A stretch of DNA of 59,244 bases, counting the filler. It is 5 parts of 5 records of this genome, joined end to end, with 100 filler letters (N's around TTAATTAATTAA, not from the genome) between each part and the next. Parts side by side here need not be neighbours in the genome. Positions count along the whole stretch, not along the records: positions 7,597 to 36,889 come from SRR2962707_922; positions 36,990 to 42,712 come from SRR2962707_930; 3 more parts are not named here. One strand, written 5' to 3'. A program made the translations under genes and the position numbers. Shown one piece after another: positions 31,190-40,021 of the stretch. The notes beneath the pieces were generated by a model, which saw only the letters and a list, made by a program, of their open reading frames with translations, had not been told where the DNA came from and did no database searches. Each line of letters begins with the position of its first letter. Within the stretch, counting starts at the first letter, position 1.

Positions 31190-31942
31190 ATGCAACGGCC
31201 CCGCTCTCCATCCGCGACGATCCATCATTTTTCGACCCAATCGGCAACGTGTTTGTCCCCGACCACCGAGTGTGCTCGCGCGGCCATGGGCAGAGCCCTT
31301 GCGGGATTCGAACATCAGGTCAGCGGGACAATTGAGCGTGGTCGGGCACTTCTCTCAGGCGAGGTCAGCAGCGAGGCAGAAGAACAACTCATTGTGCGGT
31401 CGGTTCTGCGGCTTCATTGCGTGACCGATGTTATTGACGACATAGTCGTCCGTCCTCCGGAGCGGGCCACGTCCGCTCCTCAGCATCGTTCCTGGGATTC
31501 GGCGGAGAAAGTTCAACCCATCATTTTCCGCACCAGCTTTTGCTCCCTGCTCGAGGCCCCACTTGCCAACAAGGTCGAAGATGACTTGAAGGTCTTGATC
31601 AGGGAACTCGATGGCGACGGCGGGCCGCCCGCCGATGAAGCTTACGTGTTCTACTATGGCTGGCACAATGATGCCGCGCTGGTTGATGTCGCCATCCCTG
31701 CGGCTGGTGCACTGGAACGGCGCCGAACCAACGATGTTCGTGCATCGATAATGCCCAGTGGTAGGCATTGCGTCGTGCCATCCGGGGGGATAACCGGCCT
31801 CAAATCGGCTCGGCGGTTCCTGCGTCTGGCTTCAGGGGCGACGATCTCGGATCAGCTCTTCCGTGTATGGCAACGGGTGCCACTGGAAAAGGGGAGGCTG
31901 CCTCACGACTGGCTGAACGCGCCGCTCCATAGCGCCCTTTAG
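31190..31942 (+). CDS. BON domain plus degenerate GyrI-like domain protein
   Basis: GRALLSGEVSS...VTDVIDDIVV (BON-like); C-half YVFYYGWHNDAALVDVAIP resembles the neighbour's SIYRDWDGNTMAVEVGFP; GGAGG RBS. Confidence 0.65.
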   Translation: MQRPRSPSATIHHFSTQSATCLSPTTECARAAMGRALAGFEHQVSGTIERGRALLSGEVSSEAEEQLIVRSVLRLHCVTDVIDDIVVRPPERATSAPQHRSWDSAEKVQPIIFRTSFCSLLEAPLANKVEDDLKVLIRELDGDGGPPADEAYVFYYGWHNDAALVDVAIPAAGALERRRTNDVRASIMPSGRHCVVPSGGITGLKSARRFLRLASGATISDQLFRVWQRVPLEKGRLPHDWLNAPLHSAL

Positions 31943-32029
31943 CCCTTGCCAACCATCTGGGCAGTCCGAGCCAAAGCACATAGTGCATGGGCGAAGCATC
32001 AATTCCGATACTCTGGCCGCCAACGCCTC

Positions 32030-32043
32030 ATGATCTATATCAA
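32030..32043. promoter_or_regulatory. FixK/FNR box upstream of sqr
   Basis: ATGAT-ctat-ATCAA (1 mismatch), 45 bp upstream of the ATG at 32089. Confidence 0.65.
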
Positions 32044-32088
32044 AACCTATGGTGTGCGGTTCGATATGGTGTCGCATGGAGGACCAAA

Positions 32089-33384
32089 ATGGCTCATGTT
32101 GTTGTTCTAGGTGCTGGCCTTGGTGGCACCATTATGGCTTACGAGTTGCGCGACGCGCTCGGCGCCGACCACCGGGTTTCCGTGGTCAACAAGGGGACCA
32201 AGTTCAGCTTTGTCCCGTCCAACCCGTGGATTGCCGTTGGTTGGCGCGACCGTGAGGACGTCGAAGTCGACCTGACAGAGGTCTTTGCGCGGCGCCACAT
32301 CGCTTTTTTTCCGCAAGGCGCCGAGCGGGTGCATCCGGAAAAAAAGCAAGTGAAGCTGTCGGACGGTACGGACCTCGATTACGACTACCTGGTCATCGCC
32401 ACCGGCCCCGAACTTGCCTTCGACGAGATCCCAGGCTTTGGCCCAGAAGCGGGGACGCAGTCGGTTTGCCACATCGATCATGCCCTTGGCGCCAGGAACG
32501 CGTTCGACAGGCTGGTTGCCAATCCCGGGCCGGTTGTTGTCGGCGCCGTCCAGGGGGCCTCGTGCTATGGCCCGGCCTATGAGTTCGCCTTCATCCTCGA
32601 CAAGGCCCTGCGCGACGCCAAGGTACGCGACCGTGTGCCCATGACCTTCGTGACGGCCGAGCCCTATATCGGGCATCTTGGCCTGGACGGCGTTGGCGAC
32701 ACCAAGAGCCTGCTCGAGAGCGAAATGCGGCAGCGGCATATTCGGTTCATTACCAATGCCAAAGTCGATCGCTTCGAGGATGACAAGGCGTTCGTCAGCG
32801 AGATCGCTGAGGATGGTTCCGTGCGCCAGGCGCATGAGGTCCCCTTCGTCTACACCATGATGATCCCGGCCTTCCGCGGGGTGGCGGCAGTACGCAATAT
32901 CGAAGGCCTAACCAATCCGCGCGGATTCGTCCTGGCAGACCAGTTTCAGCGCAATCCGACATTCACGGACATTTTTTCGATCGGCGTCTGTGTTGCCATC
33001 CCGCCGGTCGGCAAGACGCCGGTGCCGGTTGGCGTCCCCAAGACCGGCTTCATGATCGAGTCGATGGTGACTGCCACAGCCCAGAACATCGCCAGCCTCG
33101 TCGCTCGAAGAGAGCCAAGTGCGATCCCGACATGGAACGCAGTCTGCCTTGCCGATTTTGGCGATGGCGGCGTAGCTTTCGTGGCCCAGCCACAGATTCC
33201 GCCTCGCAATGTCAATTGGTCGGCTTCAGGCAAATGGGTGCATACGGCCAAGATCGGCTTCGAAAAATACTTTCTGCACAAAATCCGCTCCGGCACAGCC
33301 GAGCCGCTGTATGAAAAGCTGGTCCTGCAGGTCCTCGGCATCGAGAAGCTTCGGGCCGTCAAGCAGGATAAGACCGGCACGTGA
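32089..33384 (+). CDS. sqr: Sulfide:quinone oxidoreductase (type I-like)
   Basis: GAGLGG, FVPSNPW, SVCH, GASCYGPAYE, VPKTGFMIE, WNAVCLADFG; GGAGG RBS. Confidence 0.93.
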   Translation: MAHVVVLGAGLGGTIMAYELRDALGADHRVSVVNKGTKFSFVPSNPWIAVGWRDREDVEVDLTEVFARRHIAFFPQGAERVHPEKKQVKLSDGTDLDYDYLVIATGPELAFDEIPGFGPEAGTQSVCHIDHALGARNAFDRLVANPGPVVVGAVQGASCYGPAYEFAFILDKALRDAKVRDRVPMTFVTAEPYIGHLGLDGVGDTKSLLESEMRQRHIRFITNAKVDRFEDDKAFVSEIAEDGSVRQAHEVPFVYTMMIPAFRGVAAVRNIEGLTNPRGFVLADQFQRNPTFTDIFSIGVCVAIPPVGKTPVPVGVPKTGFMIESMVTATAQNIASLVARREPSAIPTWNAVCLADFGDGGVAFVAQPQIPPRNVNWSASGKWVHTAKIGFEKYFLHKIRSGTAEPLYEKLVLQVLGIEKLRAVKQDKTGT

Positions 33385-34129
33385 TTCATGTCGTGCGTTC
33401 GCATTGCGGGGCGACCTATCGGTGGGTCGAAGACTGAAACCTCGCGGCGGGAGTGTATAGCCTGACTCACGGATGTTGAACTAGGGTCAAACGCATGGGC
33501 AGCGCGGCTACCATACGACACTCAAATCACCTGATGGGTCAAAAATCCGACTGCCTGACATCCCATTCGCGACCATATTGCCAGCTTAACAGACCGTCAG
33601 CTTTCGGTGGATCTCACCAGCGGCCTTAATGACTGATCTGGGGCGCCTACCTGCACGGCAGCTTTACCTCCAAGCACTGTTAGTATCGAGAAGCTGTGTG
33701 ACGGTTAACCATGCTGGGCGAATGGACATGACTTCCGGCTCAACAAGTGCCAGCGTTTCCCACGGACATTCCCGTCCACGCCGCCTTGGTAAGGCGGCCG
33801 CCAATCCGGCTGGAACCCGGACTGACGGCCTGACCAAAGCGGCACCTGCAGTCACAGGAGACACGCTATGGCTATGGCCATCTATTCGGCGTCGGAGATT
33901 CGACGCAACCATTTCCCCCATTTTTGCGCGTTCAGGGTGCCCATACTGGACTCTGGCAATTTGAGCAAAGCCCTGGCTCTCAGGGATCGCAGCTAGTCTG
34001 ACTGCTTTGCTTTAGCAGGACAGTGGATGCCCATGTCGGCGGCTGAAGCATCGTCCTTCCCATTGTTCGTGATCGTCTCGTGCCTAGCGCTGTCCTGGCC
34101 TCGATGGCGCTCGCGCTGGATTCGCAATC

Positions 34130-35269
34130 ATGACCAAAAACGAAAAGAAGCCAGCCTCGCTGAAGGCGGATGAACCCAAGCCCGCATCCACTTCAAATGA
34201 AGCACAGATGTTCGGGCCCGACCATGAAGAGCCGGAGATGCCCCCGCCAAGTGGCGAGGGCGACCTCATGGACTTCGATGATCTCGATGCAGAAGAGGAT
34301 CGGTTCGCCGACTACGAGATCCGGCTGCATGCCATGATGCGGGCTCGGCTCGGCCGCCCAGTTCGCTATCGCACCTCAGAGGGTGAGAAGACCATCGTGC
34401 GTTTGGCGGACCTGCCCCAGGCGGACGCTGTCGACGGTAGCTCTGACAGGGAACGGCGGAGCACCATGCGGGCGCAACGCAACCAGCTGATCGAATTCTT
34501 CGCCCTTGCCGGGCCGTCGGATCACCATCAGATCGACGAACTCGCGGCGGATCTCTTTGCCCAGCACATGCTGCTGGGGCCAGCTATTGAGCATATCCGA
34601 TCCAGCAGCCAGCTGGCATTGAACCGCGGCGCCAGCTGGTTCGCCTTCCATCCGCTGCTGATTGCCTCGCCGCCGGGCTTGGGCAAGACCAGCTTTGTGC
34701 GCAGCCTGGCGGCGGCAAGCGGTCTGCCGGTCATCTACATCGACTGCAGCCTTGAGAAGACGCTGACCAGCATTACCAGCGGCGACAGCGTGTTCGGCAC
34801 CTCGCGCCCATCCGCCCTGATCAGCGGCCTGGCTGAACACAAGGTGGCCAATATCCTCGTGGTTCTCGATGAGATCGACAAGCTGACGGACGTGTCTCGC
34901 AATGCCTCGGCGATGCCGAGCGAGAACCTGATCGGACTGGTGCAGCGCGAGACTGCCAAGGTGTACCGGGACAGTCACCTGCAGATGACGGTTGACCTGA
35001 GCTATCTCAACTTCATCTTCCTGGCCAACGACCTCAGCCGGATCGCGGCGCCCTTTCGCGACCGCGTGAAGGTCGTTCAGCTCGATCCTCCGACCGCCCG
35101 GCAAATCGCTGACATTGCCACACGCGAGGTAGAAAGGCGTGGCCTTGATCCAGGGCTGGTGCCGATCCTGCGCAGGGCAACAGCCACGGGCAAGATCAGG
35201 AGCCTTCGGAAGCTGCATAAGCTGCTCGACGCCGCCCAGGCGACCAAGTCTCGGCCGCTGCTCAACTAA
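34130..35269 (+). CDS. Lon-like AAA+ ATPase lacking a protease domain
   Basis: Walker A SPPGLGKT, Walker B VVLDEIDK, DLSYLNFIFLAN, PFRDR; ends after the lid subdomain. Confidence 0.85.
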   Translation: MTKNEKKPASLKADEPKPASTSNEAQMFGPDHEEPEMPPPSGEGDLMDFDDLDAEEDRFADYEIRLHAMMRARLGRPVRYRTSEGEKTIVRLADLPQADAVDGSSDRERRSTMRAQRNQLIEFFALAGPSDHHQIDELAADLFAQHMLLGPAIEHIRSSSQLALNRGASWFAFHPLLIASPPGLGKTSFVRSLAAASGLPVIYIDCSLEKTLTSITSGDSVFGTSRPSALISGLAEHKVANILVVLDEIDKLTDVSRNASAMPSENLIGLVQRETAKVYRDSHLQMTVDLSYLNFIFLANDLSRIAAPFRDRVKVVQLDPPTARQIADIATREVERRGLDPGLVPILRRATATGKIRSLRKLHKLLDAAQATKSRPLLN

Positions 35270-35360
35270 GCAGCCCACCCCTCCCCAAGATCATCACCGC
35301 GGAGCCATCAGGTCCGCGAACGCCCCAACCTTGTCTCAAGACGACCGGAAAGAATCCACG

Positions 35361-36710
35361 ATGTGTAACCGCACCATCAGAACTGTGACCTCCCCTTCTG
35401 CTTTTGGCGACCTCGTCATTCACAGTGACAGTATCCTTGACCGGATGCAGTCGGCCCAACTGGCCGAACAGCGCCTTGCCATCACCACGGCGAGGGCCAA
35501 AGGCGAAGCGCTCTATCGCTGCCATGAATGCGGGGAGCCCGTCTATATTGCCCGAACCTTCCAGGCCGACGGCAATGGGGGCCTTCACTTTCGGCACTTC
35601 CAGAGCGAGGAGGCCAAGGCCTGCAAGTGGCGCATCGGCGGCAATGTTCGGGATCTTGGCGCCATCCGTTTCAATGGTCAGCAGGAAGGCGATGAGCACT
35701 TCCGCCTTAAGCACGCTCTGGCTGAGGCCCTCGCCCAGGATTCCTACTTCTGGTCCGTCGCGGTTGAAAAGCAGATTGTGGGAGAGACCACCGGCACGCG
35801 GCGCCAGCCCGACGTCTCGGCGCGGTTCCTGAGCGGGGAGCTTGTGGGGTTTGACCTGCAGCTAGCCGGCATGTCGGTGAAGGATATTGCCGGACGCAAC
35901 AGTTTCTACCTGGAGAACGACATCCACCACGTGTGGCTGACCGCGGCGTCGGACCTTGAGCGGCTCAAGACCCAGAGCTTTCAGGACATCTACTTTGCGG
36001 CAGGTGCATCCATCTACTGTGCCTCCCCGGCCGCGCTGGAGGCCAGTGAGGCCGAGGGGCAGTTGCAGCTTGATGAGCTGCAGATCGTGCCGAACCTTGG
36101 AGACACGGGGATCTATTGCAGCTGGCAGGTGGCGCGGGTTGGCGTCGAGCGCCTGCTGCGTGATCTGCCAACTCGCCAGGCCTATGGCATCACCGCCTTT
36201 GGCCGGGCCTTTTCCGATCAGGTCGATCAGGACACCCATCAGGCCGTCCGACGCCTGCGCGACGCCTGCATGGCGGGAGCGTCCTGGCCGTCAGTGGCTG
36301 CGGACTGGACCATTGTCGCCAAGGCTGCCCATGGACGGAACGGCAAGATGGCACAGTCGGACAATGTTCATCTGATGCTGGCTTGGCTGGCCCTTGCCGA
36401 AGAGCTGACCCGTGTAGCGGCAGCGCCGGACGGATATGCCGCGGAGTTCAATCGCCGGACGGCCCGTCTGCTTGCGGTTCGGAATTCGGCCAACTGGGTC
36501 TCGCTCATCGACCTGGTGTTGACCCGACACCCGTCCCTGAACAACCACCTCGGTCCAGATCATCTGCAGCAGATCGGCCAGTTGCGTCGGCGGCGTGTGG
36601 CCGGCCACTACCAGCAGTTTCACCGCTCGATGATCGCGATCTGCTTCCCGTTCCTCGCCTACTGGCTGCTGGCAATAGCCCCTGACTTTCCGCCGAGCTT
36701 TCGGAACTGA
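35361..36710 (+). CDS. CoiA/DUF6035-like Zn-ribbon plus PD-(D/E)xK nuclease
   Basis: CHEC...HFRHF...C, EGDEHFRLK, VEKQI, RRQPDV, FDLQL. Confidence 0.75.
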   Translation: MCNRTIRTVTSPSAFGDLVIHSDSILDRMQSAQLAEQRLAITTARAKGEALYRCHECGEPVYIARTFQADGNGGLHFRHFQSEEAKACKWRIGGNVRDLGAIRFNGQQEGDEHFRLKHALAEALAQDSYFWSVAVEKQIVGETTGTRRQPDVSARFLSGELVGFDLQLAGMSVKDIAGRNSFYLENDIHHVWLTAASDLERLKTQSFQDIYFAAGASIYCASPAALEASEAEGQLQLDELQIVPNLGDTGIYCSWQVARVGVERLLRDLPTRQAYGITAFGRAFSDQVDQDTHQAVRRLRDACMAGASWPSVAADWTIVAKAAHGRNGKMAQSDNVHLMLAWLALAEELTRVAAAPDGYAAEFNRRTARLLAVRNSANWVSLIDLVLTRHPSLNNHLGPDHLQQIGQLRRRRVAGHYQQFHRSMIAICFPFLAYWLLAIAPDFPPSFRN

Positions 36711-36723
36711 GATGAGCTTCAAG

Positions 36724-36827
36724 GCATGGGCAATCACTTGCCCATGCAAGGGACCGCCTCTCCGGGCGGTCCTGCGGCCCCTCTCGGGGCCTTTGGCTGG
36801 GACAGAAAGACGGGACCGTTGGTCCCG
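36724..36827. other. Four tandem perfect hairpins (terminator, ncRNA or DNA structure)
   Basis: GCATGGGCAA-tcac-TTGCCCATGC; GGACCGCC-tctccg-GGCGGTCC; GGCCCC-tctc-GGGGCC-ttt; CGGGACC-gtt-GGTCCCG. Confidence 0.75.
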
Positions 36828-36889
36828 GAAAGAAGAATGAAGACTGCCGCGTCAGACTGGAAGCTTGAAGGCGGTTGACGCCGAGACAG

Positions 36890-36989
36890 NNNNNNNNNNN
36901 NNNNNNNNNNNNNNNNNNNNNNNNNNNNNNNNNTTAATTAATTAANNNNNNNNNNNNNNNNNNNNNNNNNNNNNNNNNNNNNNNNNNNN
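36890..36989. other. Artificial contig spacer
   Basis: N44-TTAATTAATTAA-N44. Confidence 0.99.
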
Positions 36990-37075
36990 CTCTTCCTTCT
37001 CTTCCTTCTCTTCCTTCCTTCCTTCTCTTCCTGCCTTCCTTCCTTCTCTTCGTTCCCTTTCCTCTCTTCCTTCTT
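36990..37075. repeat. Polypyrimidine (CTTC/CTCTT) low-complexity tract at contig end
   Basis: Almost entirely C and T. Confidence 0.9.
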
Positions 37076-37474
37076 TTGTTTCATTGTTCTCGCTCGAGAA
37101 CCGACCTCCCTCCCTCCCAAGCTGGCTGGCTGGCTGGTTGCGTGAGTGCAACCTTCACACACGACTGTGCGAGTGTGCTGCTTCTCACTCCCAGCCACCC
37201 GCACTCGCTGACGGAGCCTTGGTCTTTCGTTCTTCTCCTGAACAAACGGACGACTTCCCTGGTCTCCGCCTTGACAAGAACAGGAACGTGCCCTGCCCAG
37301 GTCATAAGCGAAGGGCAACGAGAGGAAGCAGAACCAAAAAGGCTGCACTACTCCCCGCTACCTTCACTGGCTGTATCTGGCGGTAACTGCCACCGCCTGT
37401 GTGCACAGCCATTCCCTTGCTGCCGTCCTCAACAACAACAAACAGACCACAACAACAACAACAACAACAACATC

Positions 37475-39853
37475 ATGCGCCGCTCTCTGTCGGAGTTGAA
37501 CCTGAAGGCCCGGGACCTGGAAGCCAAGTCCCGCCGTGAGCTCATCACACTGGTCCAGCGGCTGCAGTCCCAAGCCCGCACCATGTACCAGTCTCTCGAG
37601 TACAAGAGTGGCGTGCTGGATCGTATTCGAGACACGATCCTCAATGTTGAGGACAACCAGCGGCGGTTCTACGTGCTCAAACCGGGTTACTTGCTGTGCT
37701 TCGAGTCTGCAACCATCCGCAACCTCCGTGGTGAGATCCCGCTGTTTGAGTCGTCGACGGTCAAGGCTGTTGATGACTCGAATGGGCGATTCGTGTTCCT
37801 GGTGCTGTCGTACAATCAGAAGCTTCGCTTTGTTGCAAGCAGTGCCGAAGAGCGAGCCGCGTGGATGAAGGCCATCAGGTCAGCCGCCAAGGCCGGTGGC
37901 ATGAGGCCCGCAGATCTTGAGGACGAGGTCATCGACGAAGGGGGATTGCGCAGTCCAGCACTCAGTCCCACTCAACTTCGTCAGCGCAAGGGATTTGGTG
38001 TTCAATCAGCGTCCAACAAAAGCGTGTCGGCTACGTCTGCACGAGACGCCGGTCTTGCTGCCTCAGCGGCAAGTGGCTCAATAAGCACTCAAACCGCTTC
38101 CTCCGCGCAAGCCGCCATCTCTCGTCGAGGCGATACCGGCGCATCACGGTCCCCTCTGTCGTCGTTGTCAGAGCAAAAGGCCACAGAGCCCCTACCAGCG
38201 ATTCCTGAGCACGCACCGTCCACAGTCGTACAAAACACTCAAGACACCTCTGCATCCCGCCTGATGCACAAAATATCGCGGCCTTCGCTGCTGTCGTCTG
38301 ATTCGACCGCCCCCCAGAGCTACCGAGGTCTTTTCAACCTTCTCGCTATCGTTGCAGTCGTATCGAATGTTCGGTTGATCGTGAGTTTTGTTGGTCGCGC
38401 GACTTCTCGACCAAATTTCAGCACTCTGCCTCGTCCCTGAGCTACACATCTATCACCCCATCTGTTTGGTGTGTCATTCGCTTTTTGTCTTGCCTGTTTG
38501 CAGGTTGAAAATTTCATCAAGTATGGCTTGCTCGTCGGGTCAACGTGGTTTCGCACGTCTGAGTCCGACAATGACCACTCATCACTGGGCGGCATCATCG
38601 CTTTTTCGTTCATCATGGCCCTCAACATTGTGCTCGCGGTCGGTGCCGAAAAAATATGCAGCTGGGGTCTTCCGGCTATCGGCTCCATGATTCATGTTGT
38701 CAACAGTGTCTCGCCACTCTTGACGCCACTGATCGTGGGAGACATCTTTGCGCTTGGAGGTTTTGTCTCCGCGGTCATGGTTATGCTCGGCACGGTGATG
38801 TTCATGAAGCTCGTGAGCTACGCCCACGCCTGTCATGATTTGCGACAAAAGAAGGCGCCTTCGTATTCGGAGTGCATCTCGCTTCGTCGCGTAGCACTGT
38901 TCATGGCGTTCCCGACCCTTGTGTACCAGACGGCGTACCCTCGCACCGCACGCATTCGAAAGCGATGGCTTCTGAAGCGTGTGTTTGAGCTGGTGCTCGT
39001 GGCCAGCTTGATGATTATTATTCTGGAACAATTTCTCGTGCCGACAATTCGCAATGCCTCCAAGCCAATGCGAGACATGAACATCCCGCGCATGCTCGAA
39101 AGGCTTCTCAAACTGGCTATTCCGAGTCTTATTCTGTGGCTCATGATGTTCTACGGCCTGTTCCACATCTGGCTCAACATCCTTGCTGAAATTACGTTTT
39201 TTGGTGATCGACTTTTTTACAAAGAATGGTGGGAGGCGAAGCGCCTGGACGTGTACTGGCGGCATTGGAATCTCCCAGTGCACAATTGGCTTGTGCGCCA
39301 TTGTTTTTTTCCATTCATGAACTGGGGCTTCTCCAAGAGCACTGCAGCAATTGCGGTGTTTCTCTTTTCGGCTGCAATGCACGAGTTCCTTGTCTCGGCT
39401 CCTTTCCGCATCTTCCGGCTGTGGGCGTGCGTACCGGCATTGTTGCTTTCCTATGCTTTTGCACATTGCCCGTTCAAAGTGCCCCAGTTTGTTGCTGTTG
39501 AAACGTGCTCCTGAGAGTACTCGCAAGCAGCTGATGTGTGTATCCCTTTTCACCGATGGTCGTGCAGCTTCTCGGGGATGATGGCTCAAATTCCCCTGAT
39601 TTACATCACAAAAGAGCTGGACAAGAAGTTGCGGGGCTCACACTTTGAGCAGGTGCGCCGTCCCTGCAGTCTTGGCGTGCGTTTGACACGCCCATTTTGG
39701 TTGTGTTGGCTGATCAATTTGTGTTGGATTCCTGCTCCCCATATGCGCCGCCGCGTGTAGGTGGGCAATGTCGTCTTTTGGTGTTCCTTCTGCATTGTGG
39801 GGCAACCACTGTGCATTTTGCTCTACTATTTCGACCTATCGCAGACATCTTAG
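37475..39853 (+). CDS. DGAT1: PH-domain diacylglycerol O-acyltransferase 1 (4 exons)
   Basis: PH domain (KSGVL...RRFYVL...EERAAWMKAI), then SLLSS..SYRGLFNL, NVRLI|VENFIKYG, PTLVYQ..YPRT, FYKEWW, WNLPVH, SAAMHE, GQP. Introns at 38381-38503, 39427-39567 and 39653-39760. Confidence 0.95.
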
Positions 39854-40021
39854 TTTTGAGGTCTGCGATTGCGTCACGTCCGGTATGATGCGGGCGTGAA
39901 CTGAAGCAATGTGCTAAGTGCATTTCGACTTTTTGTTTTCGTGTAAAGTTTACAAGTGGGTAAGAAAACAGCTGTAGGCACGACTTGCGGGTCTCGACCG
40001 CGGGCATTCAGAAACAGAGAC

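Noticed and set aside
33476-33490. TTGAA-ctagg-GTCAA FNR-like box
   Set aside because: Spacing is one base too long and there is no adjacent gene start.
33385-34129. Possible small ORFs, att site or IS end between sqr and the AAA gene
   Set aside because: Only scattered short hairpins (for example 33781-33797); no recognisable protein, tRNA, integrase or terminal repeat.
36724-36827. CRISPR array
   Set aside because: The hairpins differ in sequence, there is no repeat-spacer periodicity and no cas genes; no CRISPR, tRNA or rRNA was recognised anywhere in the window.
7597-36889. Bacterial island horizontally transferred into the eukaryote genome
   Set aside because: Bounded by artificial spacers, with Shine-Dalgarno sites, operons and no introns; there is no physical linkage evidence.
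37076-37474. N-terminal extension with poly-Asn on DGAT1
   Set aside because: Begins at a non-ATG codon in low-complexity sequence; the first in-frame ATG is 37475 and (CAA)n is probably UTR.
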